Below, in pieces: positions 26,501 to 39,113 of a DNA stretch of 64,000 bases. The notes under the pieces were generated by a model. It had not been told where the DNA came from. It worked only from the letters and a program-made list of their open reading frames with translations, and did no database searches. The stretch lies in assembly GCA_903813345.2 (NCBI GenBank), contig CAIIXF020000001.1, forward strand, positions 37,572,001 to 37,636,000, in the 5' to 3' direction. The DNA is from Owenia fusiformis. Its lineage: Eukaryota. The translations under genes and the position numbers were made by a program. Within the stretch, counting starts at the first letter, position 1. Every line of letters starts with the position of its first letter.

Positions 26501-29500
26501 CAAACAGCTTTCATTCCATATAGGGCACACATTCTACTAAGAATTGCATCATTGACTAAATCTACGACAAAGGCCCTATGTCCCGAGGATTTTGACTGAA
26601 ATTTGGCCATTTTCGCCCAAATCTAAGTAAATAGCAGTTTCCCCCACAGCTGTATCTTGAAATAAATATTGCTACAAAGTAACAATTTAAAAATCACACA
26701 TGCATACTGTTTCTGTTGGCCTGACACGTGTATCTAGCCTGTAAAAATGAAAAATCGCTACATTATAGCAATTTCAGTGAGATATGGGCCCTCAAAATCA
26801 TGTAATTTTAGCAAAATTGAAGAAATAACCTGCAATTTTGACGGAATTTCAGGGGACTTTCTTTCATTTATGACCCTCCACGGGCCTCTTATGACTATTC
26901 TTATACGCACAGAAGGGTTGAAAGTGATTTTAAATCATTGTTTGCCCTACGCAGCAGGGGCGGATCTGGGAACCAACAAGGGGGGGGGGCCCAAACTTGT
27001 GGGCTGAGAAAAAAAACGTCCGAAAAAAATTTTGGGCCCCAAAAACCCAAAAGTGGGCCCAAATTTTGAAATTTTGAGGCCCATTTTCTTCAAAATTTGG
27101 CCTAAAATTAACAAATAAGGCCTTACAAGGCCAATTTATGACCAAAAAGGCCTACTTTTTGGGGCCTTAAAGCCTTTTTTGGCTCAAAATCTTTTTTGGG
27201 CACAATTTTTTTTTTCTGGGCCCACCCAAGGGGGGGGGCCCGGGCCCCTGGGCCCCCCCCCCCATATCCGCCAGTGCGCAGAACGAAAAAATCGATTCTG
27301 TTCTCAAATTCTGCTAGAATATTGGTCTCTAGCCAACTAGCAGACAATTTTAAGCCTCATATTAAGGTATGAGTACCGTAATCCAACACCAAATTCGAAA
27401 ATTCAGAACAATACTTTGCACATATGGCGTTCCTGATCAACTATTAAACGCTTACCCCCATAGTGTTATACTGTATATCAAAATGTACCTGTTCATATAG
27501 GGGTTCGATTGATCCACATCAAATTATAGTGAGTCAGGTTACTTTTTGAGATATCAGCGTCCATTTATTGTAACTCGCGTTTGCTACCATTTCCTCAATT
27601 CTGACATGACAGGCAAACGCGTAGTAAACATGCTCACGTCAGAACTATTTTTGACCTACATCGCTATTTTCGTAATTCAAATGAAAGTTGAACTCATCCT
27701 CTTTATTTTGATACCCAATTGTGGCATACTAGGTACCCTAGAAGCCAACTATGGCGTTATTTAGAACAAAACCACAAGTTTTTAAATGGACCTTTATTTT
27801 TCAAATTAAAAAAGCTTCATATTTTTTTTAATTTATTTATTAAAGAAGCTTCACATTTCACATTTTGATAACATCGGGTAAGACTACAATACTGTATAAG
27901 CCAAAGTGGGTTCAACTTAAGTGGCGCAACCAGGATTTTGATAGCAGGTACGCGAGGCAGAAGGCCTAACAAAACTGCGGGTCCGGGGACATCCCCCTCG
28001 GAAAATATTTAATTTTGTGTTTAATTGAATGGACTTTATTTCCATGAAAGTACAAGCCAAAATCATTAGTATTTACAAAGTTATTTTACAAAAATTGGGT
28101 GGCATTTTTTGTGTAGAATCCATGTCTGTTAATTTAAAGGAATGGACGGCATTTAGACCCAATTTTGTAACGCTCATAAACTTTAACCAGCTTAAGCTAC
28201 ACATTTGAAATTTCTTGAGATGCTTTTGCATTATATCTACTAATAGACAACAAATAATGTAACGTAAGGTGGGTGTCATTATCAATAACGCAGATGCGAG
28301 TAGGTAGTTACCAGTTTCACCACCAGGTGGCTCGTTCGGGTCAGATAGCATGGCGGGTATAGTAGAAAGTTCGCTTTAACTTAAATTACATCTGTTTTAG
28401 TGGTTCAATTTCCATATAACCTTTATGTATTTAATAGTTAGGCAAGTTAAGATATGTCCAGTAAAAGAAAATGTTATCTGTCCAATACAAGAAAAGATAT
28501 TTCACTTTTTGTGATTTTTTAACATTGTGTCTATGGGGAATCAACCCGAACTAGAAGTCACATTCTCAAAATTATTAAATTTTCAAAGTTGATAAACAAT
28601 TTCGAAACTATATTTCTAAATGTACATTTACATGTAGATTTCAAATATGACATCACTTTGACTGAATTTTTAATATTAAATGACGTAAATCAAGATTATT
28701 TCTACTCGCATTTAGTCTATTGATATGTCCATATGTCTATTTAAGTCTGGTACATTGGAACATGAGATAGCACACGCTTTGGGGTTTTGGCATGAGCATG
28801 CTCGACCCGATAGGGATCAATATGTAAGTAATTGTCCGTTATCCTTTTAAATTGCTGAATTACTTCTTATTCTGTATTACTTACTTCTTAAAATCAACTT
28901 CCAATTTTCCGCAATAAAAAATCAAATTTTGAAGAATGGGTTTCTCATTAGTTATAAAAGCGATCATTGTGTTTAGGTAAGAATTAATTCCAAGAACATC
29001 GTAAAAACGTTAGAAAGCAACTTTCTGAAGGTCCCAGGAGTTCAAAGCGAGACATATGGCGTCGAATATGACTATTCGTCTGTAATGCATTATCATGAAA
29101 AGGTAACGATAACACACTCTGCGTTTTTATACAGTAGCACAGTCATCTAAAACACTCAATGGTATACATTTGTCCAGAGTATAGCTGGATTGTAATTTTA
29201 ACACAATATTCTGATATAGTTATTATTTTGTATAGAAAATTGATAAAATATAGGATAAAATGAAGTTTCCAGTTTCATTCGAGAATATTGCAGCTACGTA
29301 TTTTCAGTAAGCCATTTAACTAATCGGTTAAATTTCAAACCAATTAATGACTTAAATTACATCCTGTATTTGACCCTTTGTATTGAAGATACGTTACTAG
29401 CGTGTTATTCATCCGTACTTTACAAATGTAAATCATCATTCCTTGACATTCCTGTGAAAAAATGATGTCCTTTACTTTTGTATGGTCTTGTATCTACAAG

Positions 29501-32500
29501 TAAACCTAATTGACAAACAAAACTAAGCGAAGAATTCGAATTTGTAAATAACGTTTTGTTGAATATACAGTACATGTGTTTTAAGTATTTAAAACATGGA
29601 CAAATGTATACCATCGAGTGTTTTAGATGACTGTGCTACTGTAAAAAACGTCAAACATTGGAAAAGCAACGTTTGTTGGGCTAGTATCAGTTGATGCTTG
29701 ACATCACATGAGTTTCTACAAGTGAACAATATTTGTGCAAAACTCGTCCGTTGTGTGTTCCGTTAAATAATTGAATGCCATCATAATCTCAACTTCTTCA
29801 AGAGACCTCTTGATTTCATACTCAACCGATTATAATAAATATGAAATGATATATCCTAGGCATTCAGTAACCAAGGTGTCACGCTGGTAGCTCTAGACGA
29901 CCTCTACCAAAGCACCATGGGACAGAGGGTTGGTTTATCGTTTGCTGATATTAAAGTTGCAAATATCGCATATAAATGCAATTGTAAGTTATATATATTT
30001 CTTAATATTCAACGTATCAAGTTGAAAAGCACAACAGCTCCAAGTTTTCATAGCCACTGGTCAGTATCAAGCGAATGTAACGGCCGTTACCTTCGCATCA
30101 AAGATGGCGGGTAGCATGTGTCGATTTCGATATTTCTAGTTTTCATCGACTTAAACTTCGTTATAGGTGACGTAATGCTTGGGTATTTGAACTATATCAG
30201 GCATAGATGACATTGTAACTTTGGAATATTATCATTTGTTCATATGCCAAGCGCAGGCAGTTAACCGATATTTTCCACCACTAAAGGAAGGTAGCTGGGA
30301 TTTTGGCTTTACACATGAAAAGATAACTGATATGCGGTGATGCGGTAACGATATGAGAGCTTATAATGGAGGGCTAAGATGTCCAGTAATTACCGTGTAT
30401 TGAAAACGAACATGACCGTTACGGTATCATACGTTTCCAGTTACCTCCCCTTGAAAAATGGAAGATATCGTTGAACTGTCGCGCCAGTCGCACAAGATAT
30501 ATGAATAGATCATCATCTTTCAGAGTTTCCATGTCAAATAATTAAGCCTCATTTGGTTCAAAAATAAAAGCATAACGAGGACTATGCTTACTGTAATTAC
30601 TGTCCGTCATCTTATATGCGAAAGTTACGGCCGTTACCTTGATACTGACCAGTGATAGATAGAACTATAAACTGGGTCTATTTACTTTCTTTTGAATTTG
30701 CACCATTTAGTATAGTGAATTCACTTTCAAACATGGCATATAACAAGGTAATCAGACTTTTATTGACGAAGATAGAATGTTTTCAATATCATAATGCGGC
30801 GCATTGTAACTGTCCGCGACTTGCGCTTTGATCCAAATAATTTGAGTAAAAAAGTGATTTCTGGAAACTGGTAGTCATATATACATGAAATATTTTTGGA
30901 GTCCCGAAACATGATTGTCAGATGTTTGTCCATATCTTTATTAGTTTTGTAGAAATGATTTTATTTGTCTCCTCCCCACCTAGATCTTCCCATTTTGCAG
31001 CTATTTTTTCATTTTCCCATCTAAATATTCCTATATTTTATAAAATAGTGTATTTATAAAATTCGCGTATACAAGTAACGGCTGTAGGCTACCAGATAGA
31101 CATACTATCTAATTGGCAACTCATTAAAATATGATGTGATTTAGTTGGTCATAAAATTAGTAGGTTAATCTGGTAGCCGACAGTCGTTATTTGCATTCAT
31201 GCATACAAGCATTATAGTTTACATACAAGTCATCACAATTAACATAATACTTTGGGTGGTCCCGATATATACGTACTTTTAGATAATACTTATCATATAT
31301 ATAAAATGTGGCACCTGCATTTTTCAGGGAATTGTAGACCGTTACCTGTTGGTAAGAGTTGTAAATGGGGCGGTTATGTTGATCCGAATAACTGTAGCCA
31401 GTGTGTGTGTCCTGATGGTTTTGGAGGGAGGTATTGTGATGGTATTGAGAGTGGAAAACCAGGTACTCTAAACTACAAATTGTGATAAAATGTGTGTACA
31501 CTATATATCAATTCTTAGACGAAATGTGCCTTTTATTGTAAGTACTTTCATTTCGATATTACACTTTATCTAGAGATGGCTTCAAAAAGATCCGTCAATA
31601 TAAGTCTTTAAAAGTAGACCAGAGCTTTCATAAACAATACCACGTATAAGATAGTATTTTAAATATGTTAAGTAATAAGTCCCTTGTGACATAGTGTTCA
31701 GTTGCATCCTAAGTGTTATTGAGGTCATTTTGACATTTTAAGGTCAAATCGGTACACATCTTAAAAGCAATTTTTTTGAGTGCAAAATCAATATGTATAA
31801 AACCCAAAATATGAAAATATGTAAACTTTTTAAACGTTTTTAAGAACAATTTGGATGTTGACCTGGACGTATGAAAGTAGGTCAAACATTTCAAAGTTTT
31901 GTTTCCGTTGACTTAACATAAGGATAACCTAAATTATTTAGGCGGATTTTTCAATAGTGTAGTTGTCTCATCAAAGGGTACGAATCGAGCGTGACAGTTG
32001 AACGTACGGTGTACGGTACACCACAGGGGTAATGAAATGTAGGCAAACATATGTTTCATCGTTTCAGCAAGATGTGGTCTAGTTTCTAGATATTTTTATA
32101 TGTAAATGTCTGTAACAACATCCTAGACAGTAAGTTTGACGTTATATTTCATAGTTAAACCTACACAAACTCCGAATGTAGTATACCAGCAAAAAACGTC
32201 CGATAACGGTAAGGAATTCGAACAACACAAGGAATTGGAATTTTCGTTATACCGTATCTTACCAGCACGTTGCATTGTATTTATACAGGGTGTTCAAAAA
32301 CAGGACCGTAAGAAAGTTGAATAACTCGCTCAATTTTGCCTTGAAATCTCAGCATTACTTAGTTCATTCAATGTGAATTGTGTTATGAAAGTTTGATTAC
32401 AATATGCCAAAAACTACAGTTCCTTACAAAACATGCACTGTCTTGGTGGCAATGAGCAAAGATGGAATCACTAGTCCTTTTTGGTTCGAAGATAACTGGG

Positions 32501-35500
32501 GACGTGCTATCACCATGAACAAGGACCAGTATATTCTCACTAGTTCTCACTAAATTCGCGTAAGTGTAACATGCCTATCCTACGACGCTCTTGTATTAGC
32601 ATGCATACACCTACGTCATATTAACACTGACTTCGTCCTTACCAGGCCTCATTCAATCAATCTTTGGGGAACGGCGTATCCTATCGTTCACAGAGCTTTT
32701 ATTTAAACTCCGTTCACGAGTATACTTGTTTTTTGGGCTCTTATCCCAAAGATTAATGATTATATAAGGTTGCATAATCATGATTTTGCGCTGTCATTAC
32801 GTAACATTATCTCATGATTACGTAATCGTTTCTTTGGTATACAATTACGCAAGCTCTGATCGATAGATAGCCGTCTCCCCATGCCAAAAAGGTTAAATTG
32901 TAATATGTTATATTTTATGTAATAAAATCTATAAAACGTACACATGTTCTTTGGATATAAATTGTGATTTAACAAGTATTTGTTAAATCTGGTTTATATC
33001 ACAGAGAACGGTGTCTGTCCTACCAGCCCAATTAAAAGTCTGTTGACAGATCCAATTAGGCCGGGACAATAACTTATCTTAATGCTATACCAACTGTTCT
33101 GTAGTAGTTTGGTTTACACAGTTTTAGCTTTGCATCTTGAGGAAGTCGGACGCTTACCCGCCCCCACCCCTTCGCCCCCTTAATAGGGGGTATCGGGTGG
33201 CCCGGATTTCGGAGGCGGCTATCTATCTCAGCACTCGGTCCTCTATGGTCTCGCTCTTATCCCAAAGATTAATGATTATATAAGGTTGCATAATCATGAT
33301 TTTGCGCTGTCATTACGTAACATTATCTCATGATTACGTAATCGTTTCTTTGGTATACAATTACGCAAGCTCTGATCGATAGATAGCCGTCTCCCCATGC
33401 CAAAAAGGTTAAATTGTAATATGTTATATTTTATGTAATAAAATCTATAAAACGTACACATGTTCTTTGGATATAAACTAAGTTTTGGAGGTCACTAAGC
33501 ACCAGAAGGGGCATCTAAGGAGATAGGCAGTGGTTCCAACAAGCTAATACCACCCCAACACAGCAAATGATATGCTGAAATGGTCTAGGCAATAATTTAG
33601 TGGTCAGCTCATCAGTTGCAGAACGCAAACCATATGGGCAGTTTAATTCCCAGATCTTAATCCCCCAGATTTTTATCTTGTGGATATCGTAAAGCCAATA
33701 TTTATACTGACAGGCCCCTAACAATATCGATCTTGAGAGGGCAATATCTATGCCAATATGTACCATCCACGTTGATGTGTATCGGCCAGGGTCATTAACA
33801 AATTTGTTTGCAGTATTCATTTGTGCATAGAGCGGAGAGGTGTCTACTTTGAGCAAGTTTTGTAAGTAGTTTTTGAAACAATAGACAGATTGTCATCAAA
33901 CTCTCAGAACATTATTCACATTGAATGAACTAAATAATTCTAAAATGTCAATTAAGGCAGAATATGCAAAATTGATCGAATTATTTAAACGTTCTAACGG
34001 TCCTGTTTTTGGACACTCTGTACCTTATTTATAATGACGGGTCCTTTGATTCCAGAATAACATGCTATACATTTGGCTTGATGATATAGTGACTTATTAT
34101 GAAATTAAATAATATGGGAATTATTCAGTTTTGTGCTTTATAACAGATGAGTGTAGTGGTTTTCTAAATGCTACCATAGAACCACAGTTGATAACTTCAC
34201 CAGACTACCCGAGGCATTATCAAGATTTCCAACACTGTAATTGGAGAATTATTGTAAGTGTTCATAAAAAGAAACAAAAGACGGACATGCGGCGTCAAAA
34301 TCCAGCATTCAAAATAATGACAAGTGTAAAAACACAAAATGTAAGATATGAAATGGTGATTTATGGGATACCAACAATTACATAATAATACCTTTAGTTA
34401 ATTAAGTTTCATTTTACAGGCACCAAAGGGTTGCAGAATAGTTCTGAGATTCGTTGACTATTTCGAGATATTTTGCAAAAATGATGTCTGTTATCATTGG
34501 TTGGAAATAAAATACACGAAATCACTGGGACTTCCAGGTCCAAGGTAAAGCTTCATAAAACTAACCAGTTAAAGGAGAAACAGTGCACTATATTATCAAC
34601 ATATAAACTGGCTATATAAATATTTCATAACATACATTCATTTTATTTTGGATATAAATTGCCATTTGTAGGTTTTGCTGTAAACCAGAAAAGATGCCAG
34701 AGGCTTTAATATCCAAAACGAATGAGGCTGTTGTCCTTTTTAGAAGCGACTATAAAAGTGAAACGACGCATCGCGGAGGATTTAAATTGGAATACTCATT
34801 ACAATTACCAGGTTAAGTTTCAGCTTAATTAGTTATCGTAATAAAACTGTATTGAAAGGGGCAAAACAGCAGAAATACTATACTAGTAATATATTCAATT
34901 AATAAAAACATATATATTATGTGTAGAGAATCCTTGACCAATTGGTCATATTTAGAATGATAGCCCTTGAATGCAGTATATTTGATAATGTTCACCTGCA
35001 CGGCAAACGATCAAACTGCCATTTGTGTTCCATATTCGATACTTTTTATTTTTGTTTTTGCTGGTTTGGACAGATTCGTCTTGTGAAGCAGCATTGGGTT
35101 TGACCACGACTTTAACAACTAAAACTTCTGCCCCAACAGTTCCAGACATATCTAACCACACGGATGGCAATATAAGTAGGTGACAACTTAAGGGCATAAA
35201 CCCTTAGTCCCTCCCAAGAAGTAACCGTATGTGATTATTTATGGGATAGATTTCAATTTCCACAATTTAACATCTAACATAGTTGACTTCAATGCATGAA
35301 ATAGTGGCCTTAATGTTAAAGTGTGATGAATACAGTCAGAAAATAGAAGTGGGCGTTGCACACTGGGTCAAAGGGCATGCCTTCGGGTGGCTGTCTTAAA
35401 TACCCTTATTCTGAAAAATGTAATTGTAAGTTTAATTTAATATCATGATTGTTTACCAGGAGGCCTAAAATAGCTTATGATAAAGTGTATATGTTTGGTA

Positions 35501-38500
35501 TTATAATTACCAGGACATAATTATGATTCATAGTCAAACGAAAAACTTCTTACTCGAAGCTAGAATTCAATCGTCAAATCGCTGCTCCTATGCTATAGCA
35601 CAGAGCCACCTACGAGGGGTGATCAGGAATTTCTGGACCGTTGGCTCTATTTTTGCCATTTTTTATTCTTTCTTAATGATTTTTTCACACAATGTAACCC
35701 AAATATATAGGATTACACCATGACTATTTCATTGTTCTTCGACATCATTATCCTATTATTTTTGTTACCATGGTAACCGATGACGCAATAAGGTGGAGCT
35801 TGCTATTATGTACTTAGATTTGTTATAAGGAAAACCATGAAACTTCAAATAGATTATAGTTTTAGCTTTTTCGATCTGAATTTTAACTGAATGACAGGTG
35901 ATTTTAAATCAACTTAACTGAATGACAGGTGCCCTCGGTGTCATTATGGTTCTCCAAAAGTGACTTCAGCACACTATTCGTAAGGAGAGGGGTATGGAGT
36001 TCTTCAAGAGATTTCGTTTACACAATGATAACGCACTACCCCACAGAGCAAACCTCACACAAAATGTGATTGATTCCATCGGTTTTGGCCGTGTACCACA
36101 GGCATCATATTCCCCAGACTTAGCTGGCTTTGATTTCTATCTTTTCCCCACAGTGAAGAACAAATTAAAAGGTATCGACTTTGAGGACAGTAATAAGATT
36201 ATTTGGGACTTCACACGCCAATGCTACAAAGTAGGCAAAGACGACCTGTATCACATCTTTCGGGACTGGGTGAAAAGGCATAACAAATGCTTACAAAATG
36301 CTTCTTTGAACGATAAGAATTAATGGAAGAATAATTACAGTTACGATGAACATTAATGCATATACTTAATGAAATAATACAATCTATTACAGTATGTCAC
36401 ATATTCAGCAATGAATACAGTGTCCAAATATCATATGAAATTACTGTGGGTTTTTCAAATTTTGTACTTTTTCTGGGCTCCACCACGTCGCGTCACCGAT
36501 TACTATGGTAACAAAAATAAAAGGATAATGATGTCATAGAACAATGAAATCTTCATGGTGTGGTCCTATATATTTAGGTTATATTGTGTGAAAAAATCAC
36601 TAAGAAAGGTTAAAAATGGCAAAAATAGAGCCAACGGTCCAGAAATTCCTGATCACCCCTCGTATTGTCAGAAAACAACTTCTTTAATATAGCATTTCAT
36701 ATACTACAGCAACGGGCGATCAAACTCCTCCAAGAACCACACCATCAAGACGAACAAAACCAACAGCACCACCGGTGGAAGACCAACTATGCGGGGGTTG
36801 CACAGGTCCTCCTAATTCAATTCAACCAAAATGTGAAGTATGTCCTAATTCTTCATGTAATTTCACAGGTTTTACCGTTATACTATCCCTTCCTGGGGAA
36901 TAGCAGCATTAAAAAAATCAGCATTGAAAAAAAAATAATAACATTTATTTAATCACATCTTGCCATAGTGAAATCGAAAATGATAATGAATTCCCCTGGC
37001 CATCCTCGTATTCCATTCTCTGACAACATGATGAAGTCCATTTGTACATTCTGTCCCCCAAGAAATACCAAGAGGACCCTCGTTACCTAGATCTTTACTG
37101 TTCTAAAAAGTATATATCATACTGAATATGCATTTCCAAGTTGTATAACTCATCCAAATACTGAACATCATATAGTAGTCCAGAGGTTTTAAGAGAAGGT
37201 TTTTATTTTTGGCGTAATTCAACCCCTATCGTTAGCAGCATGCCTGATCCTATCCTATGATCCATCATAATGATTTAAAGAGTATTGAAGATTTTTGTCA
37301 AATGCAGATAAACTTCCATTATACATAATTACATTGGAAATCCATTCTTAAGAGTAAGAATATGGGTACTTAAGCAGGACATTAAAGCTAAACGAATGGA
37401 CTTTTACTTTTTTTGCTTGGTACTAATAATTGATAATATTTTAGACAGAGTCGAAATGTAAACTACCAAGTGGTTTAAAGGTTGACTGCAAAAAGATGTC
37501 ATGTTGTAAAAATGCTAGAGCAGTAAACAGCACGCATTGCCAAGGTGAGTACAGGTACAGTATAGATGTTATTTTACGACAACGACATTCACTTTTACCA
37601 CCATCAGCACCACGATCAATGGACCACGTAGTGTATCGCGAACAAATTTTGAACTGGGAGTATCGTTAGACCACATAGTCGTCTTTTTACATTAGGACAA
37701 TATTTTATCTCAACTAAATCATATAGCAAGCCTAATTTTAAAGATATCAATTTTGGTGACCAAAATGTAAAGTGAGAAAATAATTGGAAAAATAACGTGG
37801 TTTTCAACTTGATCGCTACTTATCCATTATTAATTGGTAAAATCCAAAATACTTTTTTTTATCATTTTTTGTGCTTAAGTTGGAGAGGACATTTTTATGT
37901 AAAATCAGGTATGCGCGGACTAACTAAAACTAAAAACTAACAATTCCCCAAGTCAAAGATAAAACTGTCCAAAATTCTAAACATTCCACTATCTGGTCTT
38001 TTATAAATTGTTCTGATTTCATCCATATTCATAGTTCTTTATAAAGAGTTACAAACGGTCTTGAGTTTGTCTTGACAGAGGCAAACACTAAACGTAAATA
38101 TTATGTAACAGCGTATACGTTAACATATTTTAGTTCCAACGTGCCGAAATTGGGACCCTTGGTCAATATGCTCGAGGAGTTGTGGTGCCTGTGGGATACA
38201 AATAAGATATAGAACATGTATCTACAAAAATCCAGAGTAAGCACACCAACACATTGTTAAAAGAAAGAAATGGCGTTAAATGCCTGGATAAGCAAAGACA
38301 GACGGAGAGTTTGAATGCTGGTGCCAATTTATAATATTTAACTCGTTCATGTAATTTAGGATCAAAATTGCGAACTCTACCCCTTTGAAATTTCTGCAGT
38401 TTTGGAATCATAGTCGTTTCTGGTTCACATGGATCATTTTCTCTTCTAATTTTCCAGTCTAGAATTTCAAGGATCCCAAGAACGTGTATGTAAAACGCAA

Positions 38501-38953
38501 GTTTGTAAACCTGAGTGTGAGGAGAAAGTTTTATGTAAATTACTAAGGCCTTGGAACGAACAGCACTTGTGCGAAAGGTATGTTCTCAATTCTTCTTGCT
38601 GTACTAAAATGCATTTTAAGAGGCGTGATTCTTTGTCCATTATTTTGGTTTATCACAGTTGTTTTTAATAATTATTAAACATTAGATTATATTACATTAT
38701 TCAATGAATTATATTCGGAACGAATGCCAACTTATGAAGTTCTACAATCAAGCAGGTACAATTGTAAACAGAGGACCCCCGCATGATATATCTTAAAATA
38801 TTTATACTTAAAAGTTATTGATATCAATATTCGTCTACTACTGCTTTGGCTACATACCTGGTATGTACGAGTGTATTGAATTGTTTCGTTTTCAGACTTT
38901 GTAAGCCTTGTTGCAAGCCATATACTGAAGAAGATGGCCAGTGTGTCATGTAA
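20457..38953 (+). CDS. Astacin-family zinc metalloprotease (M12A) with EGF, CUB, Thr/Pro-rich, TSP1 and Cys-rich modules; BP10/SpAN- or NAS-36/DPY-31-like; 17 exons, 643 aa
   Basis: Exons: 20457-20525, 22438-22642, 25087-25219, 26151-26229, 28746-28823, 28977-29102, 29860-29983, 31328-31462, 34147-34253, 34420-34544, 34672-34811, 35074-35175, 36710-36837, 37445-37544, 38134-38236, 38458-38577, 38896-38953 (1932 nt, all phases compatible). Motifs: pro-peptide HEGDI, furin-type RSKR, zinc motif [19 protein letters not shown], Met-turn [38 protein letters not shown]1 [15 protein letters not shown]. Confidence 0.93.
21318..21655. mobile_element. piggyBac-like MITE
   Basis: TTAA|ccctaata...tattaggg|TTAA. 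CCC/GGG termini with TTAA TSD. Confidence 0.65.
21872..21988 (+). pseudogene. Pro-region-like pseudo/poison exon in astacin intron 1, ending in an in-frame TGA
   Basis: cctgtag|[38 protein letters not shown]|gtaata. In frame with exon 1. [10 protein letters not shown] matches the paralog's GMSPQERKAL at 6/10 residues. Confidence 0.5.
22438..22642 (+). CDS. Astacin exon: pro-peptide, furin site, start of catalytic domain
   Basis: cctag|[18 protein letters not shown]...RNRSKRKII...[10 protein letters not shown]...G|gtaagt. An alternative phase-0 acceptor at 22452 is possible. Confidence 0.88.
22784..23957. mobile_element. Tc1/mariner-type MITE, largely palindromic
   Basis: TA|cagggtgggccaaaaa ... 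tttttggcccactcta|TA. Internal inverted repeat at about 23240-23400 / 23615-23790. Same family as 43036-46511. Confidence 0.75.
24144..24999. mobile_element. MITE with about 240-bp inverted repeats (Tc1-like)
   Basis: About 24165-24380 is reverse-complementary to about 24780-24995. The right tip is degraded. Confidence 0.75.
25087..25219 (+). CDS. Astacin exon: catalytic domain
   Basis: [24 protein letters not shown]...YISFTNSQ. tttag| and |gtaagt boundaries. Confidence 0.92.
26151..26229 (+). CDS. Astacin exon: catalytic domain
   Basis: [26 protein letters not shown], containing the astacin GCxSxVGR motif. Confidence 0.93.
26955..27276. mobile_element. hAT-like MITE with 5-bp TSD
   Basis: CGCAG|caggggcggatctggg ... 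cccatatccgccagtg|CGCAG. A related degenerate fragment lies at about 52180-52390. Confidence 0.8.
28746..28823 (+). CDS. Astacin exon: zinc-binding motif
   Basis: [26 protein letters not shown]|gtaagt, matching HExxHxxGxxHExxRxDRD. Confidence 0.97.
28977..29102 (+). CDS. Astacin exon: Met-turn
   Basis: VRINSKNI...[16 protein letters not shown]. Confidence 0.95.
29132..29641. mobile_element. Tc1/pogo-type MITE
   Basis: TA|cagtagcacagtcatctaaaacactc ... gagtgttttagatgactgtgctactg|TA, about 44-bp TIR. Confidence 0.85.
29860..29983 (+). CDS. Astacin exon: end of catalytic domain
   Basis: [40 protein letters not shown]. Confidence 0.95.
30055..30654. mobile_element. CAC...GTG non-autonomous DNA transposon (Transib/CMC-like)
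   Basis: 17-bp perfect TIR CACTGGTCAGTATCAAG plus longer imperfect subterminal IR. Flanks ATAGC/ATAGA (4 of 5 match). Confidence 0.7.
31328..31462 (+). CDS. Astacin exon: EGF-like domain
   Basis: [44 protein letters not shown], phase 1/1. Confidence 0.93.
32286..34020 (+). mobile_element. Tc1/mariner-superfamily element with transposase remnant and internal insert
   Basis: TA|cagggtgttcaaaaacaggaccgt ... acggtcctgtttttggacactctg|TA. 32434-32531 reads [33 protein letters not shown], resembling the W..IS..GIIGPFFFE..TVN..Y region. An identical 225-bp direct repeat occurs at 32737-32961 and 33253-33477. Confidence 0.75.
34147..34811 (+). CDS. Astacin exons 34147-34253, 34420-34544, 34672-34811: CUB domain
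   Basis: [35 protein letters not shown] / [15 protein letters not shown]...CYHWLEIKY...GPR / FCC...VVLFRSDY...GFKLEY. Phases consistent. Confidence 0.93.
35074..35175 (+). CDS. Astacin exon: Thr-rich linker
   Basis: [33 protein letters not shown], phase 1/1. Confidence 0.82.
35613..36662 (+). mobile_element. Deleted mariner element with DD34D transposase C-terminal fragment
   Basis: TA|cgaggggtgatcaggaatttctggaccg long TIRs. ORF 35994-36323 has HNDNALPH and [13 protein letters not shown], with 34 residues between the second and third Asp. Confidence 0.92.
36710..36837 (+). CDS. Astacin exon: Thr/Pro-rich linker and Cys-rich start
   Basis: [42 protein letters not shown]|gtatgt. Confidence 0.83.
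37445..37544 (+). CDS. Astacin exon: Cys-rich module
   Basis: [33 protein letters not shown]|gtgagt. Confidence 0.83.
38134..38953 (+). CDS. Astacin exons 38134-38236, 38458-38577, 38896-38953: TSP1 repeat, C-terminal Cys-rich module, stop
   Basis: [26 protein letters not shown]...[10 protein letters not shown]...[21 protein letters not shown] at 38951-38953. Confidence 0.9.
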
Positions 38954-39107
38954 GCTAACGAAGTTAACCCAAAGACAGCACCAGATGATAGTAGCATCAT
39001 TGATTATCAAGGAGGATGTGCTCCCAGGATCCAAACACGATATTTTCCAACAATGAAAACGTTGAAATGTCGTTATTCTCTGAAATTAAAACCGACTATT
39101 AATTCAA

Positions 39108-39113
39108 AATAAA
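39108..39113 (+). terminator. Candidate polyadenylation signal of astacin gene
   Basis: AATAAA about 155 bp after the stop. ATTAAA also occurs at 39085-39090. Confidence 0.35.

Noticed and set aside
28318..28333. CTCF-like site caccaccaggtggctc
   Set aside because: It is part of a small dispersed repeat (degenerate copy at about 62280-62340 on the minus strand), and a single motif match is insufficient.
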